From Thermoproteota archaeon (lineage in GTDB: Archaea; Thermoproteota; Thermoprotei; Gearchaeales; Gearchaeaceae), in assembly GCA_032249235.1 (NCBI GenBank), contig JAVVGF010000003.1, positions 64,001 through 128,000 of the forward strand: 64,000 bases of DNA. The letters run 5' to 3'. Position 1 is the stretch's first letter; every line of letters starts with the position of its first letter. Below are positions 49,328 through 58,857 of the stretch, in pieces. A program made the position numbers and the translations under genes. Under the pieces are notes generated by a model, which had not been told where the DNA came from, made no database searches, and worked only from the letters and a program-made list of their open reading frames with translations.

Positions 49328-50266
49328 ATGAAAAGGCTAAGAATAATTACTCCTGCTTCAAGTGCTAATCTAGGTCCTGGTTTCGATGTATTTGCAATCG
49401 CTTTAGAAGAGCCTTTCGATGTAGTTGAAGTTGAATACCAAGAGTCTGAAAGAGTAAAGATAGAACTTCAAGTAGAAGGTAAATATCCTGTTCCAAGAAC
49501 ATTAAGCGAAAATGTGTTGACTGCTTTATTGTTAAACATCATGGATGAACACGATTTGAAAGGAAATCTCAAAATAAGATTGCAGAAAAACATACCTGTA
49601 GGAATGGGGCTTGGAAGTAGCGGAGCTTCATCTGTTGCTTCAGTCTTGATAGCATGTAATATATTTGATTTAAAACTAAGCCAAAAGGAAATTATCCATT
49701 TAGCCGGAGAAGGAGAAAAAATGATAGCAGGCTCGCCGCATTATGATAACGTTACTGCATCGTTATTAGGAGGATTTGTAATCGTGCCGAGTAAAGATTC
49801 GGAACCTATTAAATTAGATCTTGATAATAATTTGAGACTATGTATAGCTATGCCTAAGATTAATTTACCTCTTAAGAAAACAGAATTTGCTAGGAAAATA
49901 TTACCCCAAAGTGTTTCTTTAAAACAAATGTGCGAAAATATTTCTAAAGCAAGTAGGATCGTTTACGCCTTTATTTCAAAAGATTATTCACAATTAAAGA
50001 GCGCAATAAATGATGAAGTGATAGAAATCCATAGAACTAAGTTCATTCCTGCTTATGAAGAAGTAAGAAATGCTGCATATGAAAATGGTGCCTTAGGAGT
50101 TTGTCTTAGCGGAGCAGGCCCTTCTATTCTTGCAATTACATCTGAGAAAGCCAATCCTGAGCTGGTTTTGGAAGCTATGCTTGATACTTTCAATAAAGCG
50201 GGTATAAAAGCTGAAGGTTTTATAACAAGAGTAGGAAACGGATCGAAAGTAGAGCTTTTGGCTTAG
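49328..50266 (+). CDS. thrB: Homoserine kinase
   Basis: PASSANLGPGFD, IPVGMGLGSSGAS, HYDNV and LSGAGPS motifs. Confidence 0.93.
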   Translation: MKRLRIITPASSANLGPGFDVFAIALEEPFDVVEVEYQESERVKIELQVEGKYPVPRTLSENVLTALLLNIMDEHDLKGNLKIRLQKNIPVGMGLGSSGASSVASVLIACNIFDLKLSQKEIIHLAGEGEKMIAGSPHYDNVTASLLGGFVIVPSKDSEPIKLDLDNNLRLCIAMPKINLPLKKTEFARKILPQSVSLKQMCENISKASRIVYAFISKDYSQLKSAINDEVIEIHRTKFIPAYEEVRNAAYENGALGVCLSGAGPSILAITSEKANPELVLEAMLDTFNKAGIKAEGFITRVGNGSKVELLA

Positions 50267-50286
50267 TTTTATAACTGCAGGTTCAG

Positions 50287-50691
50287 TTATTTCAATTGAT
50301 TCGGCTCAATTCTAGGAATTTCCAAATTATCAAAATGTTTATCAAAGGATATTATTCCTTTAACATTCAAACTTTTAGCGGCTGAATATTGGATTGCATC
50401 ATCTATATCTAATTTTTTCTTTTCAACAAACTCTAATGCTTTTAATAAATCTGATATTTTGCTACGATAGATCTTAATGCCTTTGTATGAAGAAAGACTT
50501 AATAAAAAAGTCTTCAAACCGTTTATTAAATTGTAATTAGAAAGTATGATCATTATCGAATATATTGAAAAATCTGTTATCGCTACTTTTATTTCTTCAT
50601 TCTTTATTTTATTCAGCAATACCTCGCATTCTTCACTTCTAGCTTGTGCAAGCATTACTTCTAAAAAAATATTTGTATCGATCAAATACAT
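50287..50691 (-). CDS. PIN-domain toxin (VapC family)
   Basis: LIDTNIF, DDAIQY and SFDKHFD motifs. Confidence 0.92.
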   Translation of the reverse strand: MYLIDTNIFLEVMLAQARSEECEVLLNKIKNEEIKVAITDFSIYSIMIILSNYNLINGLKTFLLSLSSYKGIKIYRSKISDLLKALEFVEKKKLDIDDAIQYSAAKSLNVKGIISFDKHFDNLEIPRIEPNQLK

Positions 50692-50692
50692 C

Positions 50693-50944
50693 TCATTTAG
50701 TCCAAATCTTTTTTGCTAGATGTTGCAATTCCACAGAGTTCATCTTAACTTCAGATAGTAATCCTTTTATTGCTTTAACAGGATCTTCCTCAAACTTCAA
50801 ATCTTCAATACTATTTAGCCAGTTCTCTATAGCTTCTTCTGCAGCTTTGCTCAAAGCTCCTTTCATATAACCAAATCTTTTCATAGCAGCTTCCCTAAAT
50901 CTTTCTTCTAGCTCCTTTCTTATCTGTACTCTTAATCCTGACAT
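50693..50944 (-). CDS. Putative ribbon-helix-helix antitoxin (VapB-like)
   Basis: Small gene 1 nt upstream of the PIN gene; LEERFR...KGALSKAAEEAI..W. Confidence 0.8.
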   Translation of the reverse strand: MSGLRVQIRKELEERFREAAMKRFGYMKGALSKAAEEAIENWLNSIEDLKFEEDPVKAIKGLLSEVKMNSVELQHLAKKIWTK

Positions 50945-51050
50945 AAGTTATTATGGATTAATTAAAATAAATACTTTTTACCATATTTCCTTTTTATCAA
51001 ATCTAAACTTTTTCGCTTATGTGTAGAATCAAATCTTAAAAATTTTCAAT

Positions 51051-51899
51051 TTAGAAAATCGTTTTGATATTAGTTAATTTTTCGCTAAATTCCCAAAGTT
51101 TTTTCGCTAATTCCCTATCATAACTTATTTCAGACGATCTCTCTTCTTTTTTGTCAAAGAAATATTTGCCTGTAATATTAGCTACTTCTTCTGAGCTTGC
51201 TAAATAAATAATAGTTTCGGCTCCTTTTTCTGGGCTTCTCATGAAAGGATAAGCAAAGATTATAAGTCTGCCCAAAATTCCTGCATTCTTCCATATTCCA
51301 GTTCTCACAAAGCCCGGATGCATACAATTAACCGTTATTCCTTTTCCTTCAAGTCTTCTCGCTAGTTCATAAGTGAAAATTATCAAAGCTAATTTAGATT
51401 GCGCATAAGCTTTTATTCCATTATATTTTCCTTTACAAAATACGCTTTCAAAATCTATTCCTTTTACAATGGTATGTGCATCTGAAGCTACATTTATTAT
51501 CCTTGAAGGTTTACTTGCTATTAACTTATCTAAGAGCAAGTTAGTCAGTAAGAAAGCGGCCAAATAATTTACAGCGAAAGTGCTTTCTATTCCATCTTCA
51601 GTTAAAGTACATTTTGGAAAGTACGTTCCTGCATTGTTTATTAAGACATCTAATCTACTTAGCTTTGAATTTATTTCATCAGCCAATTTCTTAATAGATT
51701 TTAGGGAAGATAAGTCTGCGATAAACGATATTATTTCAGTATTCCCAGTTTTTTTGACTATTTCATTTAGAGTTTGCTCACATTTTTCTCTATTCCTGCA
51801 AACAATAGCTATTTTTGCTCCTAATTTTGCTAAGCCCATAGCTGTAGCCTTACCTATTCCTGAACTTGCACCTGTGATTAAGCAAACTTTATCTTTCAT
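51051..51899 (-). CDS. Short-chain dehydrogenase/reductase (retinol-dehydrogenase-like)
   Basis: TGASSGIG, NNAG, YAQSK and HPGFVRT motifs. Confidence 0.93.
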   Translation of the reverse strand: MKDKVCLITGASSGIGKATAMGLAKLGAKIAIVCRNREKCEQTLNEIVKKTGNTEIISFIADLSSLKSIKKLADEINSKLSRLDVLINNAGTYFPKCTLTEDGIESTFAVNYLAAFLLTNLLLDKLIASKPSRIINVASDAHTIVKGIDFESVFCKGKYNGIKAYAQSKLALIIFTYELARRLEGKGITVNCMHPGFVRTGIWKNAGILGRLIIFAYPFMRSPEKGAETIIYLASSEEVANITGKYFFDKKEERSSEISYDRELAKKLWEFSEKLTNIKTIF

Positions 51900-51950
51900 T
51901 TATAGTTCAAAATATTTGAAGACTAAAAAATTTGAGAGATAATAGATTGA

Positions 51951-53108
51951 TTAAACTATAACTTTCAATCTTGATTTGGCAAAAAATGCGATGTATAAAG
52001 ATATAGCTGAAATAGATATCGATAGTATTGAAATACTAGCTAATTCAGCAAGAGAACCGATTAGCGATGGAAAAGCTGCGGAGCCTGAATCACCTATGAA
52101 TTGCCAAAATGCTAAAAATGAAACGCCTTTTTCTTTACCCATTTTGTTGCTTATATCTCCGCCTATAGTAATTAGCAATCCTGAGCCAAAACCATTTCCT
52201 AAACCTATTATCATAGAAGCGAAGAAAAAGCTAATTTGGTCATAAGACAAAGCCAATAACACAAAACCTACAGCAACTATTGAAAAACTTATCAAGGCAT
52301 TTACATGTCTTCCTTTCCTATCCATTATGTATCCTGAAGGATATGAGCTAATAACATCGAGAAAACCTGAAAGGCTTATTGCTAATGCTACTTCGTTATC
52401 TTTTAAGCTTAACAAATATTTTCCTACTAAAGGTAATAGGATTGTTCTGCTCGATCTAATTCCTTGAATCAATATTTGCATTGAAAGTAAAGATAACAAG
52501 GAACTAAGGTTTAATTTTATTTCTTCTTGTTTACTAGTTTTTTCTTCAAGTTCGACTCTAATTAAGCTACTAGCTACGTTTAATAGGGAAGCTATTAAAG
52601 TTATTATAAAACAAACCAAGAAAACTTCATCATAGCTTGAGAAAGAAAGTATTGTTGCAGCTAAGCTAGGACCTAAGAATGTTCCCAATCTTTCAGAAGC
52701 TCCTATAAGTGCTGAAGCTCTTCCACGAACTTCGTATTCCAAATAATATGAAATTACGTATCTTCTTGAAAATAACCAAAGACTTCTCCCTGCTCCATAT
52801 AACATAGCAAGAAATATAACTAGATAGGATTCGAGATAAATCATCAATACTGCAAAAGAACTCAATATTAATGAGATATTCATTAGCTTTCTTTCTCCAA
52901 TTTTCTTTGCAAGCTTTCCTGCAGGCAAATCTAGAATTAAATTACCTATCGCTATCGCAGCTGTTCCAATACCTACATAAGTTGAACTATATCCTAAAGA
53001 TATTAAATATAAGGGAATAGTTGTAATCATTGCACCTCTTGCTATAGCAGCAAGCGTAGAAGGAATATAAACATCAAATACGAGCCAAGACCAAAGTGAA
53101 TTTTTCAC
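51951..53108 (-). CDS. MFS transporter
   Basis: About 12 TM segments; G.IMDRKGR and RGRA motifs. Confidence 0.87.
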   Translation of the reverse strand: MKNSLWSWLVFDVYIPSTLAAIARGAMITTIPLYLISLGYSSTYVGIGTAAIAIGNLILDLPAGKLAKKIGERKLMNISLILSSFAVLMIYLESYLVIFLAMLYGAGRSLWLFSRRYVISYYLEYEVRGRASALIGASERLGTFLGPSLAATILSFSSYDEVFLVCFIITLIASLLNVASSLIRVELEEKTSKQEEIKLNLSSLLSLLSMQILIQGIRSSRTILLPLVGKYLLSLKDNEVALAISLSGFLDVISSYPSGYIMDRKGRHVNALISFSIVAVGFVLLALSYDQISFFFASMIIGLGNGFGSGLLITIGGDISNKMGKEKGVSFLAFWQFIGDSGSAAFPSLIGSLAELASISILSISISAISLYIAFFAKSRLKVIV

Positions 53109-53495
53109 CAGGGAGTCTTAAGTCAAGCCCTAATATATTCTTTGTTTCGAAATTAGCCATTAATGAGATTGAGGTATGCTGAGATTTAATCCTAGACCTG
53201 AAATAACATGAATCGCTCAAAGCTGACCTAAAGATTTGAATGATGATAAGATTTGAAAAGAATAATTGAAATCAAATACCACTCTTTGAATAGTTTAGTT
53301 GAAGACTTCATTAAAGAAGTAAGAAAATCAAAATTTATTTAACTGAATTGTAGAAATCGATTCAATCTTTATCTGTTATGCTATACGTTTGAAAAATTTC
53401 TAATTTTAAAAAATTATTCGAACATAAAATAATCAGCAAACCATAGAATCAAATAGAACATTCAGTTAAATTTATATATATGTGCTAATTCTGTT

Positions 53496-53939
53496 ATGAA
53501 TAGATTGGTGCTATATTTGATGTTAGCAATATTGCTCGTAGCAGCACAAAATTCAACGACAACAACACAAATTACTCAGCATGAGCTAAGTTCTAATAAA
53601 CATTTTATAAAAACTAATGAAGAGATATACCCTTATTGGGTTAGACTTATCTATTACGTTCCTTATGTGGCGAATGGTACTGGGAATGGAACAGGTAAGA
53701 CTGAACATTGCGGTGCGATTTTCTTTTCATATACAATCTTTAACTGGGCTTCAGAAATTGGATTCACAAGTTGGAAAGGTCCACAAAAAACTATGGCACC
53801 GGATAATTGCGCTAACCCTGCAGATTTTGCCTATTTTGATTTCCTGGTAAATGAAACAGTTTATATTCCTGGCTACGGTTACTATACTTCACAGGTTTAT
53901 AAGTATGAATGTTATTTTCAAACCTGTTATGAAGGATAA
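53496..53939 (+). CDS. Secreted Cys/aromatic-rich protein of unknown function, possibly the 5' part of a broken gene
   Basis: Signal peptide, sequons and four Cys; the frame stays open for 39 codons past the TAA. Confidence 0.55.
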   Translation: MNRLVLYLMLAILLVAAQNSTTTTQITQHELSSNKHFIKTNEEIYPYWVRLIYYVPYVANGTGNGTGKTEHCGAIFFSYTIFNWASEIGFTSWKGPQKTMAPDNCANPADFAYFDFLVNETVYIPGYGYYTSQVYKYECYFQTCYEG

Positions 53940-54001
53940 GTTTCATATCATCCTAATTTACTACATAATGGTATTCCTGTAAAATTGACCTATGATCTTG
54001 C

Positions 54002-55429
54002 TTGGGAATACCTCTATACATTAAATACATGTTCTATAGAAAACTCATCAAGAGTTTAAATTTTTTTACTTTACTTTTTTTCATAATCCTTTCTTTTTTA
54101 ATAATCACTTATATAATTGAAATATTCATTTTTGGTTATCCCTTAATGTTCTTACCACTAGCACAGATTCGGTATCATAGTGGCGAAAACATTTTTTATA
54201 CTTATTTTATAATTTTAAATACATTATTTATTATAATTAGTTTTTTTATAATTCTTGATTTTTACTATGATACGATAGGAAATAGAACTTATATTATGTC
54301 ATCAATCTTATCTCCTTTTCTTGGCATCCTTGTTGTCTTAATAAGATATATTAAAGAAAATAAAAATGTTAAAATATTTTATTTATATTTAATAGTTTCT
54401 ATTATTTCAACAGTACTACTCTTTATAACTATAAATTCACTATTTCCAATACCTATATTGATTATCACAAATCCTATATTTGGAAAGTTCCCTTATAATC
54501 AGTTCCCTTTTAATAAACCACCCATAATTAACGTTAGTATTTATGAAATAATTTTCTATAACCTTATTACTCCTTTTCAAATATTTACATATATATCAAA
54601 TTTTATTTTGTTTTATATATTATATAAATTCCAAAATAACTTACTTGAAAATAAAGTTGCTTTAAAATATATTCGATTTTTACCAATACCATTCATCATA
54701 TTTTTAGTTTTCGTAGGAATAACAAACATTTATGATACCATTCCTGATATATTTAAGGTTACTGATTTTGCTTGGAAATTTTATCCTTATAGATATAATG
54801 ATCTTGATATCTGGAAAAATATTATTACTTTTAATTTAAATAACCAATTGTTTCTTAGTGATTTCATTATATTTGTTTCAATTATACTTTTATTAGTAAG
54901 CTTGTTTATTTTGAAAAAAGAAGGAAAAGTGATACTATGTGCAGTTTCTTTGGTTTTACTAGCTATTTCCAGATATTTCGCCTATAACCCATTTACAGGA
55001 ATTTCTCTTAATTCAAAGTATTTTTATTTTTTAAGTTTTCCTTTTATTTTAGATTTGCAATATCAGAACTTTATATTTATTGTTTATTTGATTTACTTAA
55101 TTTTGTTAATAATATACACAAGATATAGAAGATTGGCAAAAATGATATTTATAGCTAATACATTATTACTGGGATTAATATTAATATTAGGTTATAAAAA
55201 ATATGCAAATTTAGCCAGTCTTAATCTATCTCACATGCTTGCCTTGTTGGATTATTCTCTCGGTGTAGGATTCAATGGAATAATTACTCAGCTCCCTGCA
55301 TATTTATTAGTCAGAATTTCTTATTTCTCTTATACCTATTATTCAATGTTTTTTACGATGGGCATTTTAATCTTCTCGACTGCAATACTCTATTTAATTG
55401 ATAGTATGAAAAATGAATTGTTCATTTAG
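54002..55429 (+). CDS. Polytopic membrane protein of unknown function
   Basis: 475-aa ORF in very AT-rich DNA with more than 10 hydrophobic segments; start uncertain. Confidence 0.6.
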   Translation: MGIPLYIKYMFYRKLIKSLNFFTLLFFIILSFLIITYIIEIFIFGYPLMFLPLAQIRYHSGENIFYTYFIILNTLFIIISFFIILDFYYDTIGNRTYIMSSILSPFLGILVVLIRYIKENKNVKIFYLYLIVSIISTVLLFITINSLFPIPILIITNPIFGKFPYNQFPFNKPPIINVSIYEIIFYNLITPFQIFTYISNFILFYILYKFQNNLLENKVALKYIRFLPIPFIIFLVFVGITNIYDTIPDIFKVTDFAWKFYPYRYNDLDIWKNIITFNLNNQLFLSDFIIFVSIILLLVSLFILKKEGKVILCAVSLVLLAISRYFAYNPFTGISLNSKYFYFLSFPFILDLQYQNFIFIVYLIYLILLIIYTRYRRLAKMIFIANTLLLGLILILGYKKYANLASLNLSHMLALLDYSLGVGFNGIITQLPAYLLVRISYFSYTYYSMFFTMGILIFSTAILYLIDSMKNELFI

Positions 55430-56126
55430 TTTCTAAGATGAGATAATTGTACATTAATGAAGCAATTATCGCTCCTAATATAGGTCCAATCCAATATACG
55501 TACCAATCTTTAAAGAACATCGCCGCTAACTCGGGTCCAAATGCTCTAGCAGGATTCATTACTGCACCAGTTAAAGGCCCTCCTATGAATACGTTAGCAG
55601 TAACTGTTAAACCTATCGCAAATCCTGCAACCTTAGGAGCTCTTTTATCTATTGCTGTAGCAAAAATGACATAAACTAAGAAGAAAGTCAAGATCGTTTC
55701 TAAGAATATTCCTTGATAAATGCTTATCGAAGAATCTAGCGAAGGTGCTCCGTAATGAACAGATTCTGCTACTTTCTTTGGAGTTAAAGCGAATAAGAAT
55801 GCTCCTGCTAGAGCAGCACCTATAAGTTGAGCTACTATATAAGAGATTGCATCTATGAGTTTTATTCTTCTTGTTACCAAAGCTCCGATCGTTACAGCAG
55901 GATTGATATGTCCTCCAGAAATATTCATTGTCACAGTGACAGCGAGAGCTAAAGCTAAGCCATTTGCAAAAGCCGCGATGAAAAGATTTGAAAATAGTTG
56001 TAAAGACATTGCAGCTCCTATTGCTGATCCAGCGCCTGCAAAAACGAAAAATAAAGTACCAATTAATTCGACTAACGACCTTTTAAAAAGACTTGCTTGG
56101 TTTGAAGAAGAATTATTGGATCCCAT
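55422..56126 (-). CDS. MIP family channel (aquaporin)
   Basis: SGGHINPAVT and GAVMNPARAFGP motifs. Confidence 0.95.
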   Translation of the reverse strand: MGSNNSSSNQASLFKRSLVELIGTLFFVFAGAGSAIGAAMSLQLFSNLFIAAFANGLALALAVTVTMNISGGHINPAVTIGALVTRRIKLIDAISYIVAQLIGAALAGAFLFALTPKKVAESVHYGAPSLDSSISIYQGIFLETILTFFLVYVIFATAIDKRAPKVAGFAIGLTVTANVFIGGPLTGAVMNPARAFGPELAAMFFKDWYVYWIGPILGAIIASLMYNYLILETK

Positions 56127-56335
56127 ATTATATCAGATAATAATTCATATAAAAATATATCTTGGCGTTCAGTCTTCTTTTAATTTGAAAAATAAAGTAT
56201 ATTGCGAAGATTTTTTTAAGGGAAATTAAAGAATTTTTTAATAAAAATAAAATACTGTTTAGAAGGAATTTGCTACATTCTAAATTATTTCATAGAAATT
56301 AAGAATAAAAATTAATTAAATTAAAAACTTATCCT

Positions 56336-58216
56336 TTACTTCATTTCCTTAAGTTCTGGAAAGTCTGTATAGAAGTATTCCTTTTCTCTTCTACCTTGCC
56401 CCTTCCTTAACCTTTCCTCTTCTTCTTTACGGAGTTGGCTTCTTCTTATCTTTTGTCCAGTACTTAAAGGAAGTGTGGATACGAACTCTATAATTCTGGG
56501 AACTTTGAATTTAGGAAGAATTTTAATGCAATGTTTGAATAATTCCTTAGCCATATCAGCTGAGGCTTCATATCCTGCTCGAAGGACAACAAAAGCTTTT
56601 ATTATTTGATAATATTCTGGATGAGGAACACCAATTACAGCGCTTTCAGCTACTGCTGGATGTTCAAGTAAAGCACTTTCTACCTCAAAAGGACCAATTC
56701 TATAATCGGAGGATTTGATCACATCATCTGCTCTACCTATGAACCACAAATAGCCATCTTCATCACGCATAGCTTTATCACCTGTGTAGTAATAGTTTCC
56801 TCTGAAGACTTCTTTATCTCTCTCAGGTTCACCCATGTAACCAATGAATAGTCCGATAGGCCTCCATTTATTTAATCTGACCACTATATGCCCTTCTTGA
56901 TTAGGAGTGGTGATTTCTCTTCCTTCATCGTCAACTAGTATTATGTCATACATGAAACTTGGGAAGCCGAAAGAGCCTGGCTTTACTCTATCTACATGCC
57001 ATGGGAAATTGCCTATCATCAACGTAGTTTCTGTTTGTCCGTAACAATCACGAACAACTATTCCAAAATGCTTCTTAATTATTTGGATTATTTCAGGATT
57101 AAGAGGTTCTCCAGCGCTTATAAGCTCTTTAAGTGCACCGAAATCATATTTGGAAGTGATCTCCTCAAGATTCAATTTTATAATCCTTCTCCAAGCAGTA
57201 GGAGGTGCACAAAAGCTATTAACCCTTATTTTAGCGATATATTCTAGATACTTTTCATAATTCAAAGATCCCTTCCAATAAAAGCCTGATGTCGTTGCTC
57301 CAACGTTAAGCGGTGAGAAGAAATTGCTCCAAGCCCATTTCGCCCACCCAGGAGCGCTCAAATTATTATGAATCCATCCAGGTCTTACACCTATTCCAGC
57401 CGCTGTGCTAAGATGACCTACAGGATATGAAAGATTTGTGTGGAGCACGCGCTTTGGCAAAGCAACAGTTCCTGAAGTGAAGAAACAAAAAGCAGGATCT
57501 ATTCTAGCATTCGTTTTCGCAGGTTCGGCATATTCTGATGCGTGACTTGCTTCATCATAACTAATCCATCCTTTCTCTCCTTTACCTATGACTATCTTAA
57601 CTTTTGGAGTTTTTCCGGCTTCTCTTAAAGCTTGGTCGATTACGCTAGCAACATCTTCATGTGCTAAGACAATATCTGGAGGATAAACTTCGAATCGATA
57701 TTTAAGATCATTCACTTTCATCGTCATAGCTGTAGGAATAGCAATAATTCCTCCTCTTAAAGCAGCTAAGGTAGTGAACCACATTTCTGGAATATTCGGT
57801 ATCATCTGGTAGATGCTATCTCCTTTTTTAACATTATGTTCGCGCATGAAATTGAGAAACTTATTCGCATTAATTTTACATTCTTTATAAGTGAAGCTTC
57901 TTACTTCGTCATTATCAAGATTAACCCAAATTAAGGCTTCTTGATTTGGTCTTTCATTACAATGCAAGCCTTCAAATATCTCATCCTCCCAGTTGAAGTA
58001 TTCAGGCAATGGCATATGATTCAGTTTGTTGAAAAATTCTTTCATTTTAGCTTCTCTTAGCTTTAAATCATCCAAGTCCTGTATTCTTATAAATTCTTCA
58101 AATATCTCTTTCATATTCCTACATGAAATTATCTCGATCCAATCTATAAAATATAATATAGGTACACAGGAGTCATTACAATAAAATGTAGAAAATCCAG
58201 TTTTATTTCCATACAA
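56336..58216 (-). CDS. Acyl-CoA synthetase (acetate/medium-chain type); true start probably 58114
   Basis: FTSGT...PK, PGWAKWAWS, YGQTET, YYTGD and GRADDVIKSSDYRIGPFEVES motifs. Confidence 0.9.
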   Translation of the reverse strand: MYGNKTGFSTFYCNDSCVPILYFIDWIEIISCRNMKEIFEEFIRIQDLDDLKLREAKMKEFFNKLNHMPLPEYFNWEDEIFEGLHCNERPNQEALIWVNLDNDEVRSFTYKECKINANKFLNFMREHNVKKGDSIYQMIPNIPEMWFTTLAALRGGIIAIPTAMTMKVNDLKYRFEVYPPDIVLAHEDVASVIDQALREAGKTPKVKIVIGKGEKGWISYDEASHASEYAEPAKTNARIDPAFCFFTSGTVALPKRVLHTNLSYPVGHLSTAAGIGVRPGWIHNNLSAPGWAKWAWSNFFSPLNVGATTSGFYWKGSLNYEKYLEYIAKIRVNSFCAPPTAWRRIIKLNLEEITSKYDFGALKELISAGEPLNPEIIQIIKKHFGIVVRDCYGQTETTLMIGNFPWHVDRVKPGSFGFPSFMYDIILVDDEGREITTPNQEGHIVVRLNKWRPIGLFIGYMGEPERDKEVFRGNYYYTGDKAMRDEDGYLWFIGRADDVIKSSDYRIGPFEVESALLEHPAVAESAVIGVPHPEYYQIIKAFVVLRAGYEASADMAKELFKHCIKILPKFKVPRIIEFVSTLPLSTGQKIRRSQLRKEEEERLRKGQGRREKEYFYTDFPELKEMK

Positions 58217-58228
58217 GATTTAATACAT

Positions 58229-58732
58229 ATGGAAATATACAGAGGTAAAAAGTTCAACGTATATTTAGATAAAGTTATTCTTCCTAATGGAAAAGAAAAA
58301 ATCATAGAGAAAATAGAACATAAAGGTTCTGTAGTAATCATTCCAATTTTAAATAGCAAAGTTATATTACTTAAACAGTATAGACCAGTTATTAATAAAT
58401 GGCTATACGAGCTTCCTGCAGGAACTTTAGAAAGCGATGACATAATTGAAGAAGCTAAAAGAGAATTATTGGAAGAAACAGGTTATGAAGCGAGCGAAAT
58501 GAAATATCTTTTTAGATTTTATGCATCACCAGGAATTTCTTCTGAAATTATGTATATTGTCTTGGCTAAAGATTTAAATTACAAGGGAAGAAAAGCTGAA
58601 GAAGGAGAAATTATAAATGTCGAAATTAAAAGTCTTGAAGATGTTAAAGACATGATTTTTAAAGGCGAAATTATAGATGGAAAAACCATATCAGCGATAC
58701 TATTTTATTTAAATTATTTCAATAAGATTTAG
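58229..58732 (+). CDS. Nudix hydrolase (ADP-ribose pyrophosphatase-like)
   Basis: QYR, ELPAG...AKRELLEETG Nudix box, SPG and DGKT motifs. Confidence 0.92.
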   Translation: MEIYRGKKFNVYLDKVILPNGKEKIIEKIEHKGSVVIIPILNSKVILLKQYRPVINKWLYELPAGTLESDDIIEEAKRELLEETGYEASEMKYLFRFYASPGISSEIMYIVLAKDLNYKGRKAEEGEIINVEIKSLEDVKDMIFKGEIIDGKTISAILFYLNYFNKI

Positions 58733-58857
58733 AACTTTTTATATTCTTTTAAATTAAGTCAGCTAAACCTAATTCGAAAGATAAAATTCTTCGTTAAAAT
58801 CGAAGAAGAAAAGAAAATATTTTGTGAACAATATTAATAAATTAAAATTTAATTCTC

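Noticed and set aside
53160-53260. C/D-box sRNA candidates (also 2720-2790)
   Set aside because: CTGA and ATGATGA-like words occur, but not in the correct C...D order and spacing on one strand.
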